Assembly (NCBI RefSeq): GCF_963921235.1
Contig: NC_086107.1
Span: forward strand, 98,272,001-98,336,000
Direction: 5' to 3'
Length of the DNA: 64,000 nucleotides
Source: Mobula hypostoma
Lineage: Eukaryota
Positions 1 through 14,027 of the stretch are shown one piece after another. The notes under the pieces were generated by a model. The model was not told the origin of the DNA. It searched no databases and saw only the letters and a list, made by a program, of their open reading frames with translations. The number at the start of each line of letters is the position of its first letter. The first letter of the stretch is position 1. Made by a program: the position numbers and the translations under genes.

Positions 1-86
1 GTCTCGGCCTGAAACATCGACTGTACCTCTTCCTAGAGATGCTGCCTGGCCTGCTGCGTTCACCAGCAACTTTGATGTGTGTTGCT
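1..86 (+). mobile_element. Right half of a Penelope-derived hairpin element, cut by the window edge
   Basis: Nearly identical to the arms of 35611-35760; begins with the partial hammerhead-like motif gtctcggcctGAAACatcgac. Confidence 0.7.
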
Positions 87-1589
87 TAAAATGACGAATA
101 CGACTACTTTAATATTGTGAAGTGCAAAGTGTTTAGGGTGGGTGGGGGAATGGGAAAGAGGGAGGTGGGACTGTACTGATCAGGAGAGATTTTGTTGTGC
201 CTGGGGGAGGGGAGGTCGTTGCGGTGGGGGGTGGGGGTGGGGGTCGGTGGGAGAAGGGGAAATTCCATTTGGTTAACGTTAAGAAGCCAGAAGGGAAGGA
301 TTTGTTCCAGAATTCTCCAACTTCTACAGAGTGGAGCAGATCAAAGGGAGGGACGTTCCAAGTGTGTCAACTTTGTTAGCTCTGCGGCAGCAGCACATGA
401 AAATATAGAAAAAAACTGTGAGTTACAGTAAATATATATAATAGGTCTGTCAATTAAATAAGTAGGGCAAAAACAGAAATGAAAAAAAAGTGAGATGGTG
501 TTAATGGATTCATTGTCCATTCAGAAAATGGACGGCAGAGGGGAAGAAGCTGTTCCTGAATCGTTGAGTGTGAGCCTTCAGGCCCCTGTACCTCCTTCCT
601 GATGGTAACAATGAGAAGAGGGCACGTCCTGGGTGGTGGGGGTCTTCATGGTAGATGCCACCTTCCTGAGGCATGGCTCCTCGAAGATGTGTTGGATACG
701 ATGGAGGCTATTATCCATGATGGAGTTGACTAATTTTACACCTCTCTGCAGCCTTACTTTTGATCCTGTGAAGTAGCCACCCACCACCCCCCCCCCATAC
801 CAGCCGGGGAACGAGGTGGATCATTTGGACCATGCCTGAGGCCAAATGTGAACACTGCATCGTAGTGTTGAGATTGTCAGTGGAGACAATTGTCTCACAG
901 CTTCAGCGACCTGGCTTCAGTCCAGATCTCCAGTGCTATCTGTGTTGAGTGGACTTCTCCCAGGTGTCTTCCCGTATCCCAAAGGTGTGGGTGTGTGGGG
1001 GAACAATGGGAATATAGGGTGACTGAAGTTGAAGGTTCCTCCAAGAGGACCACAACCTTGACGTAGACTTTGGAGGCTTGCATGCCTCAATAACCCAGAG
1101 AGCTACGTTGGCTGAAGTCAGGGCTTTACGCTTTGGCTCTTGGTAGGGTCACCCATGCCAAACAGGTCAAAGGGTAGAGGTCAGACCGAGAATGGTCCAC
1201 CAGTCTTCCAGGTTTTGGGTCCATCTCAGGGCTAATGACCCTGACAGGCAAAGCAAAACTGTTACAGAAACATCAATGAAGAATCCTTCTACATCTGAGT
1301 GGCCAAGGACAGTCAGAGATGGAGGACCTTCATTGCTGCCCTAAACACCAGTGGTGTAGCAGGCTGGAAGTAAGTATTAATGGCCAGCTTGGACTCGGTG
1401 GAGTCAGAATCTGCTTGAGTGCTGTGGGAAACTACAAAGTTGAACTTTATACGAGAAGACTTCAGATGAGAGGAGATTTAGCCACATGAAATGGAACAAA
1501 GGATTAACGGGAAAAACTATTGGGCCAATTGGTGATCTTTGAGGCCGAGTTTCAGGCTTTCTCTATAGAGAGAAACGGACACTCAATCG

Positions 1590-1910
1590 TTTGGGTTGAG
1601 ATCCGTTAGACTGGATGAGAGTGTAAAGGGACTGGACATCCATGGTGAAAATGTAGCAGTCAGATATATGGAACTGGAAGTCGTTAAGGTGAGTATGTGA
1701 GGTGTCCCAGTTGTAAGTGGGAGGAGACCAGACCAGGATGACAAGAAGAGTCGACGTATGAGGAGCTGAGCTCAAGGCAAGAACAGTCAGATACCTTGGG
1801 CCTACCAGGCTGATTTTCTTGTGAACCTTGGGTGGAATTAGAAGCAGGCAGTGCAGTTGGGGAAATCTCAGGTTGCAGGCTGTGGCGGGGAGATCTCCAG
1901 CTGTGACGGT
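1590..1910 (-). pseudogene. Decayed Penelope-like reverse transcriptase fragment
   Basis: Minus-strand translation IFTMDVQSLYT resembles the Penelope RT motif DVxSLYT; frame is broken; limits approximate. Confidence 0.55.
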
Positions 1911-1924
1911 AAGGAAGACGATGC

Positions 1925-2700
1925 TCTGACATCAGTAAGACCGAAGAACTGACTGTGGATTTCAGAAAGGGTAAGATGAGGGAACACGCACCAGTCCTCA
2001 TAGAGGGATCAGAAGACGAAAGAGTGGGCAATTCCAAGTTCCTGGGTGTTAACATCTCTGAGGATCCAACCTAGGCCCAACATATCGACGCAGCTACAAA
2101 GAAGGTGCAGAAGCAGCTATATTTCATTAGGAGCTTGAAGAGGTTTGGTATGTCACCAAAGGCACTCACATATTTCTACAGATGTACCATGGAGAACATT
2201 CTGACTGGCTGCATCATCGCCCTCTGGTATATTGGGGGGGGGGCTACTGCACAAGATTGAAAAAAGCTGTAAAAAGTGAATTTAGCCATCTCCATCATGG
2301 GCACCAGTCTCCATAGTATCCAGGACATCTTCAGGGAGCAATAACTCGAAAAGATGGCGTCCATCATTAAGGACCCCCATCTCCCAGGCCATGCCCTGTT
2401 CTCATTGTTACCATCAGGAAGGAGGTGCAGGAGCTTGAAGGCACACACTCAATGATTCAGGAACAACTTTTTTCCCGCTGCCATCCGATTTCTGAATGGA
2501 CATTGAACCCATGAACACTCCCTCACTATTTCATGATTTTATTTTTGCACTACTTGTTTAGTTTTACAATTATATTTTTATATATATGTACTTACTGTAA
2601 TTCACATTTTTCCTATTACTATGTATTGTACTGCTTCTGCAAAGGAAACAAATTTTATGACATATGCCAGTGATATTAAACCAGATTGATTCTGATTATT
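1925..2700 (+). mobile_element. Rex1/Babar-type LINE 3' fragment
   Basis: Degenerate KTEELTVDFR / FKFLG / IKDPHxPGHALFSLLPSG-type coding remnant followed by an AT-rich 3' UTR and a (ctgatt)-type tail. Confidence 0.7.
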
Positions 2701-3412
2701 GACATTGGTGGAGTCATGGTCCCCATGGAGATAAGAGGAGGAATCAGAGAACTGCCATCTGCCCTCTGCAGGTTAAGTTCAGGTGAAGGGTCTCGACTGG
2801 AAACATCGAGTGGATTTCCCTCCACAGGTGCTGCCTGACCTGGCGCAGAGCTCCTTCAGCGTCTTGAGTGTTGCCCTCGATTCCAGCCTCTGCAGCTTCT
2901 TGTGCCGGGGACTGAGTTCTTCTAACGCAGATAAAATAAGCTGAGGAAGTAAATGAAGAAGAAAATAAGACTGGCAAAGTGAGACTCTCGGAGATGAAGG
3001 TACAAGGGAATTTAGAAACCACCTGCTAACCTGTAATTAGCAAGCAGGTAGGGTGAAACCTACTGGAGTTAGCCAAAGATGCAGTAGATTTTGGACAAGA
3101 GTGTTTTATGGAAGTTTTGTGTCAATACCCAAGGAAGAGCTTGCAGATGAAATATCAATACCTGGAAGTAAAGGTGGAAGAGATGGAGGAAGCTGAAAGC
3201 TGAGGAGCAGGAGCTGTTGGAAAGCCTTGTTGCCTGGCCCAGATGGTTTGCATCCCAAATATCTAAGGAAAGTGGAGATGGGGACAACAGAAGACTCATC
3301 ATACTCTGTGAGAAAAAAAAATGTCATTTCATCTCTTCTGATCTTCCCAAATCACGAGGAAGATCCAGAGAGTAGCAAAAAGGCAAATCCATGTTCTAGA
3401 ACACATCTATAC

Positions 3413-3970
3413 ACACTCAGAGGCCATTTTATTAGTTACCTCCTTTACAAGATAAACGGACCACCGGGTACATCTTTGTAGTCTTCTGCATCTGTAGCCC
3501 AGCTACTTCAATGTTAAATGTGTTGTGCGTTCAGAGATGCTCTTCTGCACAGCACTGTTGTAATGTGGTTATTTGAGTTACTGCTGCCTTCCTGTCAGCC
3601 TGAGCCAGTCTGGCCATTCTCCTCTGATCTCTCTCATTCACAAGATGTTTGCACCCATGGAAATGCTGCTCACTGGATTTTTTTTTTGTTTTTCACGCCT
3701 TTCTCTGTAAACTCTAGAGACTGTTGTGTGTGAAAATCCCAGGAGATCAGCAGCTTTCGAGATGATCAAACCACCCCATCTAGCACCAACGTCACTTCGC
3801 CATTCCACAGTCAACGTCACTTCGATCACATTTCTACCCATTCTGGTGCAGCAATTGAACCTCTTGACCATGTCTGCATGCTTTTATGCACTGAGTTGCT
3901 GCCACATGATTGGCTGACTTGATATTTGCATTAACAAGCAGGTGTCACTAATGAAGTGGCCACTGAGGGT
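3413..3970. mobile_element. Non-autonomous Tc1/mariner-like element
   Basis: Inverted termini cactcagaggccattttatta ... taatgaagtggccactgagggt; same family as 21725-22279 and 46408-46934, opposite orientation. Confidence 0.7.
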
Positions 3971-4254
3971 ACATGAGTAACAAAACCAAGGAACAAATTA
4001 GCAGGGAAATCAAGAACTTCATTAACTGAGGAGAGGCAGCACAGATTTGTAAAAAGCGCATCTGGACAAACCTAATTGAAATTTCCAGTGAAGTAACAGA
4101 GGTGACAAAGAAAAGGCAGCGTGTGTTGTCTAAATCAATTTTAAGAACATATCTGACAAAGCAGACAGAAGTCTGCTATCAAAATTAAGGTGTGTGGAAC
4201 TGGAAGATCAGTGTCAGTGTTGGATTATTAAATTTTGCAAAATGGTTTCTTCAA

Positions 4255-4980
4255 GGCTGAAACCCAAACAAGCCTGGGCCCTGCACGCAAGTGCAGATAA
4301 GAAAGCACGGAAGTGCCTCTACTTCTTAGACGTTTACGAAGATTTGGTATGTCATCTAAAACTTTGGCAAGCGTCCTGTGTGTGGTGGAGAGTGTATTGA
4401 CTGGTTGCATCTCGGCCTGGTATGGAAACACCAATGCCCTTGAACAGAAAATCCAACAAAAGATAATGGATATGGAGCAGACCATCATGGGTAAAGCCCT
4501 CCCCACCATTAAGGACATACAGTATATATGCAGTGCAGGAAAGCAGCATCCATCACCAGGGACCCCCACCACCCAGGTCATGCTCTCTTCTCACTGCTGC
4601 CATCAGGAAGAAGGTACAGGAGCCTCAGGACTCGCACCACCAGGTTCAGGAACAGTTATTACCCCTCAACCATCAGGCTCTTGAGCCAGAGAGGATAACT
4701 TCACTTTCCCCATCACTGAACTGTTCTCACTTGCAAGGACTCTTTGTCTCATGCTCTCAATATTTATTTATCATTATTATTATTATTTCTTTTTTTTATT
4801 TTTCTATTTGCGCAGTTTGCTGTCTTAGGCACCTTGAATGCTTGTCCGCTTTGTTGGATGCGGTCTTTCATTGATTCTATTATGGTTCTTAGATTTACTG
4901 AGTAGGTCTGGAAAAAATGAATCTCAGGGTTGTATATGGTGATGTAGATGTACTTTGATAATAAATTTACTTTGAACATT
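4255..4980 (+). mobile_element. Rex1/Babar-type LINE 3' fragment
   Basis: ORF 4313-4684 reads LRRLRRFGMSSKTL...VESVLTGCISAWYGN; AATAAA and a (ttgaac)-type tail near 4960-4980. Confidence 0.75.
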
Positions 4981-7114
4981 GAAGAGTGGTTGGTTATAGT
5001 ATTGAGAGGGTTCTCAGATCAATGCTGGGATCTTTTTCTTCTACATATACAAATGACTTAGTGAGGTATTTGATACTTTGAATTTACATTTCTAATTCCC
5101 TAGAATTGGGAAGGTTGCATTAGATTAGAAATTAGCAAATGTAACCCCTTTACTTAAGCAGGGAGACAGAAAGCAGGAAACCACAGGCTTATCATCTATC
5201 AAAAAGAACACACTGAAAGTTATAATTAGAGATGTTGCAGCAGGATACTGAGAAAAATGCAAGGAAATCAGCAAAGTCAATGCAGTTTTATGATAGGGAA
5301 ACAATTTTTTGACCAAATTAGTGGAGATCTTTGAAGAATTTATATAAATGACTTGGATGAAAGTACCACAGGTATAGTTGTTAAATTTTCTGTAGACACA
5401 AAGGTAAGTTGTAGGCAGGACGTAAAGAGGTCATGGATGGATATGGATAGGCTAGGTCAGAGGGCAAAGGTATGACAAATGGGGTGTAATGTGGGAAAAT
5501 TTCATAATGTTCATTTTTGCAGGTAGAATAAAAAGAACAATTATCCAAAAGGTGAGCAGTTGTACAGCTTGGAGCTAAAAAGGGTAGGTCTCCTTTTTAA
5601 AGGATGCTTATGACAGAAGGTTTACTAGACTAATACTTGGAACAGGTGGGTTGTCTGACACAGAGAGATTTGACGGGTGTTTTATAACTGCAGGGCATGG
5701 GTAGGTTGGTGAAATGGGCAGATGGAATTTAATACAGAGAACTAGATGAAGCATCTTGGCAAAAGAGTTGGGAGAGACAGTATAGACAACAGCACCATGC
5801 TAACATAAGGTCATGGGGCATACAAGCAGAATTAGGCCATTCAGCCCATCGAGTCAGCTCCGCCATTCCATCATGGCTGATTCCGGATCTCACTCAACCC
5901 TACACCTGCCTTCTCGCCATATCCTTTAATGCCCTGACTGATCAGGAAATTATCAACTTCTGCCTTAAGTATACCCACGGACTTGGCCTCCACCGCAGTC
6001 TGTGGCAGAGCGTCCCACAGATTTACTGCTCTCTGGCTAAAATAATTCCTCCTTCGGTTCTAAAGGGTGGCCCCTCAATTTTGAGGTTGTGCCCTCTAGT
6101 TCTTGATACCCCCACCATGGGAAACATCCTCTCCACATCCACCCTATCTCATCCTTTTGGTAGGTTTCAATGAGAACCCCCCCCACCCCCCCTCATTCTT
6201 CTAAATTCCAGTGAGTTCCAACCCCTTCACTGCCAGAAGGTGGAGAAACAGAGGAGGATCTGTTGACCAAATGTGGCAGTAAGTATTGAGATAGAAAAGC
6301 ATGTGGAATCATGCGGATGGTATAAAGGCATGGGCATTATTGAGAACTTGTAGAAAGCCCTGCCTCTGGTCACTGCACTTCAGGAAGAGGTCAAATGTCC
6401 TTGAGAAGGTGCAGAGGAACCAATTCTAGGGATGAGGGGTTTCAGCTGCAAGATCAGGTTGGAGAAGCTGAGGTTGTTCTCCTTGGCGGACAGATGTTGA
6501 AGAAAGAGAGAGTTGAAAGAGGAGACTAAGAGGTTGTGTCTAGTTTCGATATCACAAAGAAACATTGCTCCCGTTGGCTAATGGTACGGGGACACAGACC
6601 TCCAAACCTGGGCACAAGGAAGAGAAGACGTGAGGAGGAAGAGCTATCGTACAAAGCGGCTGGTAAGGACTCTGTAATTACATCCTCATGAAGGTGGTAA
6701 AAGTGAAAGAAATTAGTTACGTTAGATAAGATTAGACCATAAGATATAGGAGCAGAATGAGGCTATTCCCTCTCTCCCCAATCTCCTGCCTTCTCCTCGT
6801 ATCCCTTCATGCCCTGACCAACCAAAGATCTATCAATCGCTGTCTTAAATGTACATAAAGACTTGGCCTCCACAGCCACCTGTGGCAATGAATTCCACAG
6901 ATTCATTACTCTCTGGCTGAAGAAATTCCTCCTCATCTCCGTTCTAAAAGGACGCCCCTCTATTCTGAGGCTGTGTCCTCTGGTCTTAGAACTCTCCCAT
7001 CATAGGAAACATCCTCGCCACATCCACTCCATTGAGGTCTTTCACCATTCGATAGGTTTCATTAAGGTCACCCCTCGTGCTTCCAAATTCCAGTGAGTAG
7101 AGGCCCAGAGTATA

Positions 7115-7490
7115 AAATCTGAAAGGGATTGGACAGGCTAGATGCAGGAAGATTGTTCCCCGATGTTGGGGAAGTCCAGAACGAGGGGTCACATTTTGAG
7201 GATAAAGGGGAAGCATTTTAGGACCGAGATGAGGAAAAACTTCTTCACACAGACAGTGGTGAATCTGTGGAATTCTCTGCCAAAGGAAACAATTGAGGCC
7301 AGTTTCATTGGCTATATTTAAGAGGGAGTTAGATATGGCCCTTGTGACTAAAGGGATCAGGGGGTATGGAGAGAAGGCAGGTACAGGGGTTCTGAGTTGG
7401 ATGAACAGCCATGATCATACTGAATGGCGGTGCAGGCTCGAAGGGCCGAATGGCCTACTCCTGCACCTATTTTCCATGTTTCTATGTTTC
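7115..7490 (+). mobile_element. 5'-truncated young CR1 3' end
   Basis: High similarity to 37590-37964; ggtgcagg...cctgcacc stem-loop and TTTCTATG tail. Confidence 0.85.
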
Positions 7491-7894
7491 AGAGTCATCA
7501 GATGTTCAGAAGAATGTTGGATCAGCATGGGGGATGGGAGGAGTTGTGAAACCAGGGGGTTAGAACAGGGAAAATGGGACTGACTAGGCTGGCCAGCATA
7601 GAGGCAACATGGCCTCCCTCTGAAGAGAATGTTCCAATGAAGTAAAGAGGAGATCCTAATAAACCCAGAGAGGGAACAGCGTGTGGACCTGGCTGGATGT
7701 GAGATTAATGCTGCGAGCATTGAGAAGCCCATGAGGGGGAACGGAAGGGAGCAAGGGGCAAGTGCAGTGTATAAACACTTATTGACCACTGGGGCAAACA
7801 GTCTGTACATGTGAACTTCTGTCTGAAATCTTACAGAGGCAGCGGTGGAGGACGTTAGAATACCCTAAAGATATATATATATATATATATATAG

Positions 7895-8895
7895 AAATAA
7901 TTTTATTTATTTATTGAGAATCAGTGTGAAATAGGCCCTTCCGACCTTTCGAGGCACACCACTGAGCAATCCCTCATTTCATAGACAATAGACAATAGGT
8001 GCAGGAGTAGGTCATTCAACCCTTCGAGCCAGCACCACCATTCACTGTGATCATGGCTGATCATCCACAATCAGTACCCCCTTCCTGCCTTCTCCCCATA
8101 TCCCTTCACTCCGCTATCTTTAAGAGCTCTATCTAACTCTTTCTTGAAACAATCCAGAGGATTGGCCTCCACTGCCTTCTGAGGCAAAGCATTCCACAGA
8201 ACCACAACCCTCTGTGTGAAGAAGTTTTTCCTCAACTCCGTTCTAAATTGTCTACCCCTTATTCTTAAACTGTGGCCTCTGGTTCTGGACTCCCCCAACA
8301 TCGGAAACATGTTCCCTGCCTCTAGCATGTCCAATCCCTTAATAATCTTATATGTTTCAATCAGATCCCCTCTCATTCTAAATTCCAGTGTATACAAGCC
8401 CAGTTGCTCCAATCTTTCAACATATGACAGCCCTGCCATCCTGGGAATTAACCTTGTGAACCTACGCTGCACTCTCTCAATAGCTAGAATGCCCTTCCTC
8501 AAATTTGGAGACCAAAACTGTACACAATACTCCAGGTGTAGTCTCACCAGGGCCCTGTACAACTGCAGAAGGACCTCTTTGCTCCTATACTCAATTCCCC
8601 TTATTATGAAGGCCAACATGCCATTAGCTTTCCTCACTGCCTGCTGTACCTGCATGCTTGCTTTCAGTGACTGATGAACAAGGGATAATCCTAGCCTAAT
8701 CACGGGATAATTTACAATGACCAATTAACACACCAACCAGTAGGTGTTTGGACTGTGGGAGGAAACGGGAGCACTGGGAGGAATCCCATGCGGTCACGGG
8801 GAGAACGTAAAAACTACTTACAGGCAGTAGTTGGAATTGAACCCCGGTCGCTGGTATTGTAAAGCGTTGTGCTAACCACTACACTACCATGCCGC
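7895..8895 (-). mobile_element. tRNA-derived V-SINE interrupted by a CR1 insertion
   Basis: Minus strand starts gcggcatggtagtgtagtggttagc (box A) ... ggttcaattcc (box B), then a V-domain-like ttctccccgtgaccgcatggg...ttcctcccacagtccaaa; the 3' part resumes at 7895-7979. Confidence 0.7.
7981..8683 (-). mobile_element. CR1 3' fragment (RT C-terminus), (CTATTGT)n tail subfamily
   Basis: ORF 8071-8724 reads LYRALVRLHLEYCVQFWSP...RKNFFTQRVV; 3' stem-loop and 7-bp tail repeat at 7981-7997. Confidence 0.9.
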
Positions 8896-9796
8896 TTCCC
8901 CAAAATGGGGGATCAGTTTGTGCCGGGACACTTTTGGCAAGTCCAGGCGCCCATCCGTTAGTTAAGAAGGTCTGCTGACAAACCTTCAGCTGGTAAGCAT
9001 GGGCAATGCCGGGGAAGGCACACGGCTCCGTTAGGCTGTGGTCACGCACGGTCTGGGGGAAAACCCCGAGCTACTCCCTCCGCCACTGCCTTCGACTCCC
9101 ACCACTATGAGCCCAAGGTCTGTGTGCTTCAGCAAGCAGTCAGATACTAAATGGAAAATTTCAGGCACTGGGGCCGGCAGCATCACTTCATTGTAACTCG
9201 GTGTTATTGTGTTGAATTCGCGCTCCACCCTTGTCAAGGATAGGGAGGCCCTGACGCCATCGGCCTGATCACAGTTCTGTCCCTGTGACCCCTCAGGGAC
9301 TTCACTAAATGCAATGTTTGCAAAGCTCTCTCAGCCTGCCTTGTCAGAGCTGTTCCTACTTCCGTGTGACGACTGGATGGTCAGCAATTACAAAACTTAA
9401 CCTGTTCAGCATTTCACTTGTTCCAGTTTCACACGACTGATTGAAAATTACTTCTCAAATGAGTCTAAACTTCAAACATTGTACATGGGATTGGGCAGGG
9501 CTGAACCACCATGGGATGGCTGTCATGTGTCCTGAATACAGTTACAGGATTGGTGAAGTTGTATTTGAATTTGGGTATCTAGTCAGGCAAATGTTCTGAA
9601 AATGTGCAGAGCTGTCCCTGTTGTGGAACACACCCCACAGGTGTGCATATCATCTAGGACAGCACCAATGCCTTCCTGGTCAGGTACTGTACAGTATGTA
9701 TCTTGCGCAGTGCTGCCCTGGTTGTGTGCAGGTTAAACACTGCACAGTGTTTCCCAACCTGCGTGTATAATCTAAAACTGCACTGTTTTTCGGGGC

Positions 9797-12700
9797 TGCA
9801 GTGTCTCTGGGATTCTGTCTCTCTGGGATTCAGTGTCTCTGGATCCAGTGTCTCTGGATTCAGTGTCTCTGGGGATTAGTGTCTCTGGGATCCAGTGTCT
9901 CTGGATTCAGTGTCTCTGGGGATTAGTGTCTCTGGGATCCAGTGTCTCTGAATTCAGTGTGTCTGGATTCAGTGTCACTGGGATTCTGTGTCACTGCGAT
10001 TCAGTGTCTCTGGGATTCAGTGTGTCTGGATTCAGTGTCACTGGGACTCAGTGTCTCTGGGATTCTGTGTCTCTGGGATTCAGTGTCACTGGGATTCAGT
10101 GTCACTGGGATTGTGTGTCAATGGGATTCAGTGTCTCTGAGATTCAATGTCACTGGGATTGTGTGTCTCTGGGATTCAGTGTGTCTGGATTCAGTTTGCC
10201 TGGGATCCAGTGTGTCTGGGATTCAGTGTCTCTGAGATCCAGTGCCTCTGCGTCCAGAGTCTCTGGATTCAGTGTGTCTGGATTCTGTGCCTCTGGGATT
10301 CAGTGTCAGTGGGATTCAGTGTCCCGGCATCCAGTGTCTCTGGGATTCAGTGTGTCTGGATTCAGTGTCACTGGGATTGTGTGTCTCTGGGATTTAGTGT
10401 GTCTGGATTCAGTGTGTCTGGGATTCAGTGGTTCTGGGATTCAGTGTCACTGGGATTGTGTGTCTCTGGGATTCAGTGTGTCTGGATTCAGTGTGTCTGG
10501 ATCCAGTGTGTCTGGGATTCAGTGTGTCTGGGAATCAGTGTCTCTGGGATTCAGTGTGTCTGGATTCAGTGTCACTGGGATTCAGTGTGTCTGGGATTCA
10601 GTCTATCTGGGATTCAGTGTCACTGGGATTGTGTGTCTCTGGGATTCAGTGTGTCTCGATTCAGTGTCTCTGGGATTCAGTGTCACTGGGATTGTGTGTC
10701 TCTGGGATTCAGTGTCACTGAGATTCAGTGTCTCTGGGATTCAGTGTGTCTGGATTCAGTGTCACTGGGATTGTGTGTCTCTGGGATTCAGTGTCTCTAG
10801 GATTCAGCGTCACTGCGATTGTGTGTCTCTGGGATTCAGTGTATCTGGGATTCAGTGTCACTGGGATTGTGTGTCTCTGGGATTCAGTGTGTCTCTGGGA
10901 TTCAGTGTGTCTGGATTCAGTGTCTCTGGATTCAGTGTCTCTAGGATTCGGCGTCACTGGGATTGTGTGTCTCTAGGATTCAGCGTCACTGGGATTCTGT
11001 GTCACTGGGATTCAGTGTCACTGGGATTCAGTGTCTCTGGGATTCAGTGTCTCTGGGATTCAGTGTCACTGGGATTGTGTGTCTCTGGGATTCAGTGTGA
11101 CTGGATTCAGTGTCTCTGGGATTCAGTGTCTCTGGGATTCAGTGTCTCTGGGATTCTGTGTCTCTGGGATTCTGTGTCTCTGGGATTCAGTGTCTCTGGA
11201 ATTCAGTGTCACTGAGATTCAGTGTCTCTGGGATTCAGTGTGTCTGGATTCAGTGTCACTGGGATTGTGTGTCTCTGGGATTCAGTGTATCTGGGATTCA
11301 GTGTCACTGGGATTGTGTGTCTCTGGGATTCAGTGTGTCTAGATTCAGTGTCTCTGGATTCAGTGTCTCTAGGATTCGGCGTCACTGGGATTGTGTGTCT
11401 CTAGGATTCAGCGTCACTGGGATTCTGTGTCTCTGGGATTCAGTGTCACTGGGATTCAGTGTCACTGGGATTCAGTGTCTCTGGGATTCAGTGTCACTGG
11501 GATTGTGTGTCTCTGGGATTCAGTGTGACTGGATTCAGGGTCTCTGGGATTCAGAGTCACTGAGATTCTGTGTCTCTGGGATTCTGTGTCTCTGGAATTC
11601 AGTGTCACTGAGATTCAGTGTCTCTGGGATTCAGTGTGTCTGGATTCAGTGTCACTGGGATTCAGTGTCAGTGGGATTCAGTGTCCCAGCATCCAGTGTC
11701 TCTGGGATTCAGTGTGTCTGGATTCAGTGTCACTGGGATTGTGTGTCTCTGGGATTTAGTGTGTCTTGATTCAGTGTGTCTGGGATTCAGTGTCACTGGG
11801 ATTGTGTGTCTCTGGGATTCAGTGTGTCTGGATTCAGTGTGTCTGGATCCAGTGTGTCTGGGAATCAGTGTGTCTGGGAATCAGTGTCTCTGGGATTCAG
11901 TGTGTCTGGATTCAGTGTGACTGGATTCAGTGTCTCTGGGATTCAGTGTCTCTGGGATTCTGTGTCTCTGGAATTCAGTGTCACTGAGATTCAGTGTCTC
12001 TGGGATTCAGTGTATCTGGATTCAGTGTGTCTGGATTCAGTGTCTCTGGGTCAGTGTCTCTAGGATTCGGCGTCACTGGGATTGTGTGTCTCTAGGATTC
12101 AGCGTCACTGGGATTCTGTGTCTCTGGGATTCAGTGTCACTGGGATTCAGTGTCACTGGGATTCAGTGTCTCTGGGATTCAGTGTCACTGGGATTGTGTG
12201 TCTCTGGGATTCAGTGTGACTGGATTCAGTGTCTCTGGGATTCAGTGTCACTGAGATTCTGTGTCTCTGGGATTCAGTGTGACTGGATTCAGTGTCTCTG
12301 GAATTCAGTGTCACTGAGATTCAGTGTCTCTGGGATTCAGTGTGTCTGGATTCAGTGTCACTGGGATTGTGTGTCTCTGGGATTTAGTGTGTCTTGATTC
12401 AGTGTGTCTGGGATTCAGTGGTTCTGGGATTCAGTGTCACTGGGATTGTGTGTCTCTGGGATTCAGTGTGTCTGGATTCAGTGTTGCTGGATCCAGTGTG
12501 TCTGGGAATCAGTGTGTCTGGGAATCAGTGTCTCTGGGATTCAGTGTGTCTGGATTCAGTGTCTCTGGGATTCAGTGTCACTGAGATTCTGTGTCTCTGG
12601 GATTCAGTGTGACTGGATTCAGTGTCTCTGGAATTCAGTGTCACTGAGATTCAGTGTCTCTGGGATTCAGTGTATCTGGATTCAGTGTCACTGGGATTGT

Positions 12701-13743
12701 GTGTCTCTGGGATTTAGTGTGTCTTGATTCAGTGTGTCTGGGATTCAGTGGTTCTGGGATTCAGTGTCACTGGGATTGTGTGTCTCTGGGATTCAGTGTG
12801 TCTGGATTCAGTGTGTCTGGGAATCAGTGTGTCTGGGAATCAGTGTCTCTGGGATTCAGTGTGTCTGGATTCAGTGTGACTGGATTCAGTGTCTCTGGGA
12901 TTCAGTGTCTCTGGGATTCTGTGTCTCTGGAATTCAGTGTCACTGAGATTCAGTGTCTCTGGGATTCAGTGTATCTGGATTCAGTGTCACTGGGATTGTG
13001 TGTCTCTGGGATTCAGTGTGTCTAGATTCAGTGTGTCTGGATTCAGTGTCTCTGGATTCAGTGTCTCTAGGATTCGGCGTCACTGGGATTGTGTGTCTCT
13101 AGGATTCAGCGTCACTGGGATTCTGTGTCTCTGGGATTCAGTGTCACTGGGATTCAGTGTCACTGGGATTCAGTGTCTCTGGGATTCAATGTCACTGGGA
13201 TTGTGTGTCTCTGGGATTGTGTGTCTCTGGGATTCAGTGTGACTGGATTCAGTGTCTCTGGGATTCAGTGTCACTGAGATTCTGTGTCTCTGGGATTCAG
13301 TGTGACTGGATTCAGTGTCTCTGGAATTCAGTGTCACTGAGATTCAGTGTCTCTGGGATTCAGTGTGTCTGGATTCAGTGTCACTGGGATTGTGTGTCTC
13401 TGGGATTCAGTGTCTCTAGGATTCAGCGTCACTGCGATTGTGTCTCTGGGATTCAGTGTGTCTGGATTCAGTGTCTCTGGATTCAGTGTCTCTAGGATTC
13501 GGCGTCACTGGGATTGTGTGTCTCTTGGATTCAGCGTCACTGGGATTCTGTGTCTCTGGGATTCAGTGTCACTGGGATTCAGTGTCACTGGGATTCAGTG
13601 TCTCTGGGATTCAGTGTCTCTGGGATTCAGTGTCACTGGGATTGTGTGTCTCTGGGATTCAGTGTGTCTGGATTCAGTGCCTCTGGATTCAGTGTCACTG
13701 GGATTCAGTGTCACTGGGATTGTGTGTCTCTGGGATTCAGTGC
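9797..13743. repeat. ~3.95 kb satellite array of 15-16 bp units (consensus TGGGATTCAGTGTCTC / TGGATTCAGTGTGTC)
   Basis: Continuous tandem variants visible directly; the many overlapping C/S/V/W-rich ORFs are a by-product of the repeat. Confidence 0.97.
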
Positions 13744-14027
13744 CCCTTTGACGAAGGTTGTGATGAACTCTCCTTGCTGTTGTGTTGGTTGTTGGTCAGT
13801 TGTGTGTTGTTAGCAACTTCACAGGAAAAGCACAGGAAATGATCCCACAGAACACGAGTTTTCTGAGTAATTGTAGCAAAAAATACAACTTGTGGTTATT
13901 CAGTTTCGAAAAGTAGAGCTGGGGAAACATCAGCGGAATGAAACCCCCAGAATGGGAATAACTCATGGTCAGACTGAGGAAACAATTGCAATAATGAACT
14001 GACATGAACATATCCTGTAGCGTCGGT

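Noticed and set aside
9743..9782. V(D)J recombination signal (cacagtg heptamer)
   Set aside because: No acceptable nonamer at 12 or 23 bp spacing and no adjacent V/J segment.
9797..13743. CRISPR-like array, or IRE loops (CAGTGN)
   Set aside because: No unique spacers or cas genes, and the context is eukaryotic; CAGTGT is not enclosed by an IRE-type stem.
9833..13842. Many long Cys/Ser/Trp-rich ORFs (up to 460 aa)
   Set aside because: All three frames give the same low-complexity peptides from a stop-poor 15/16-bp satellite; no codon-phase constraint.
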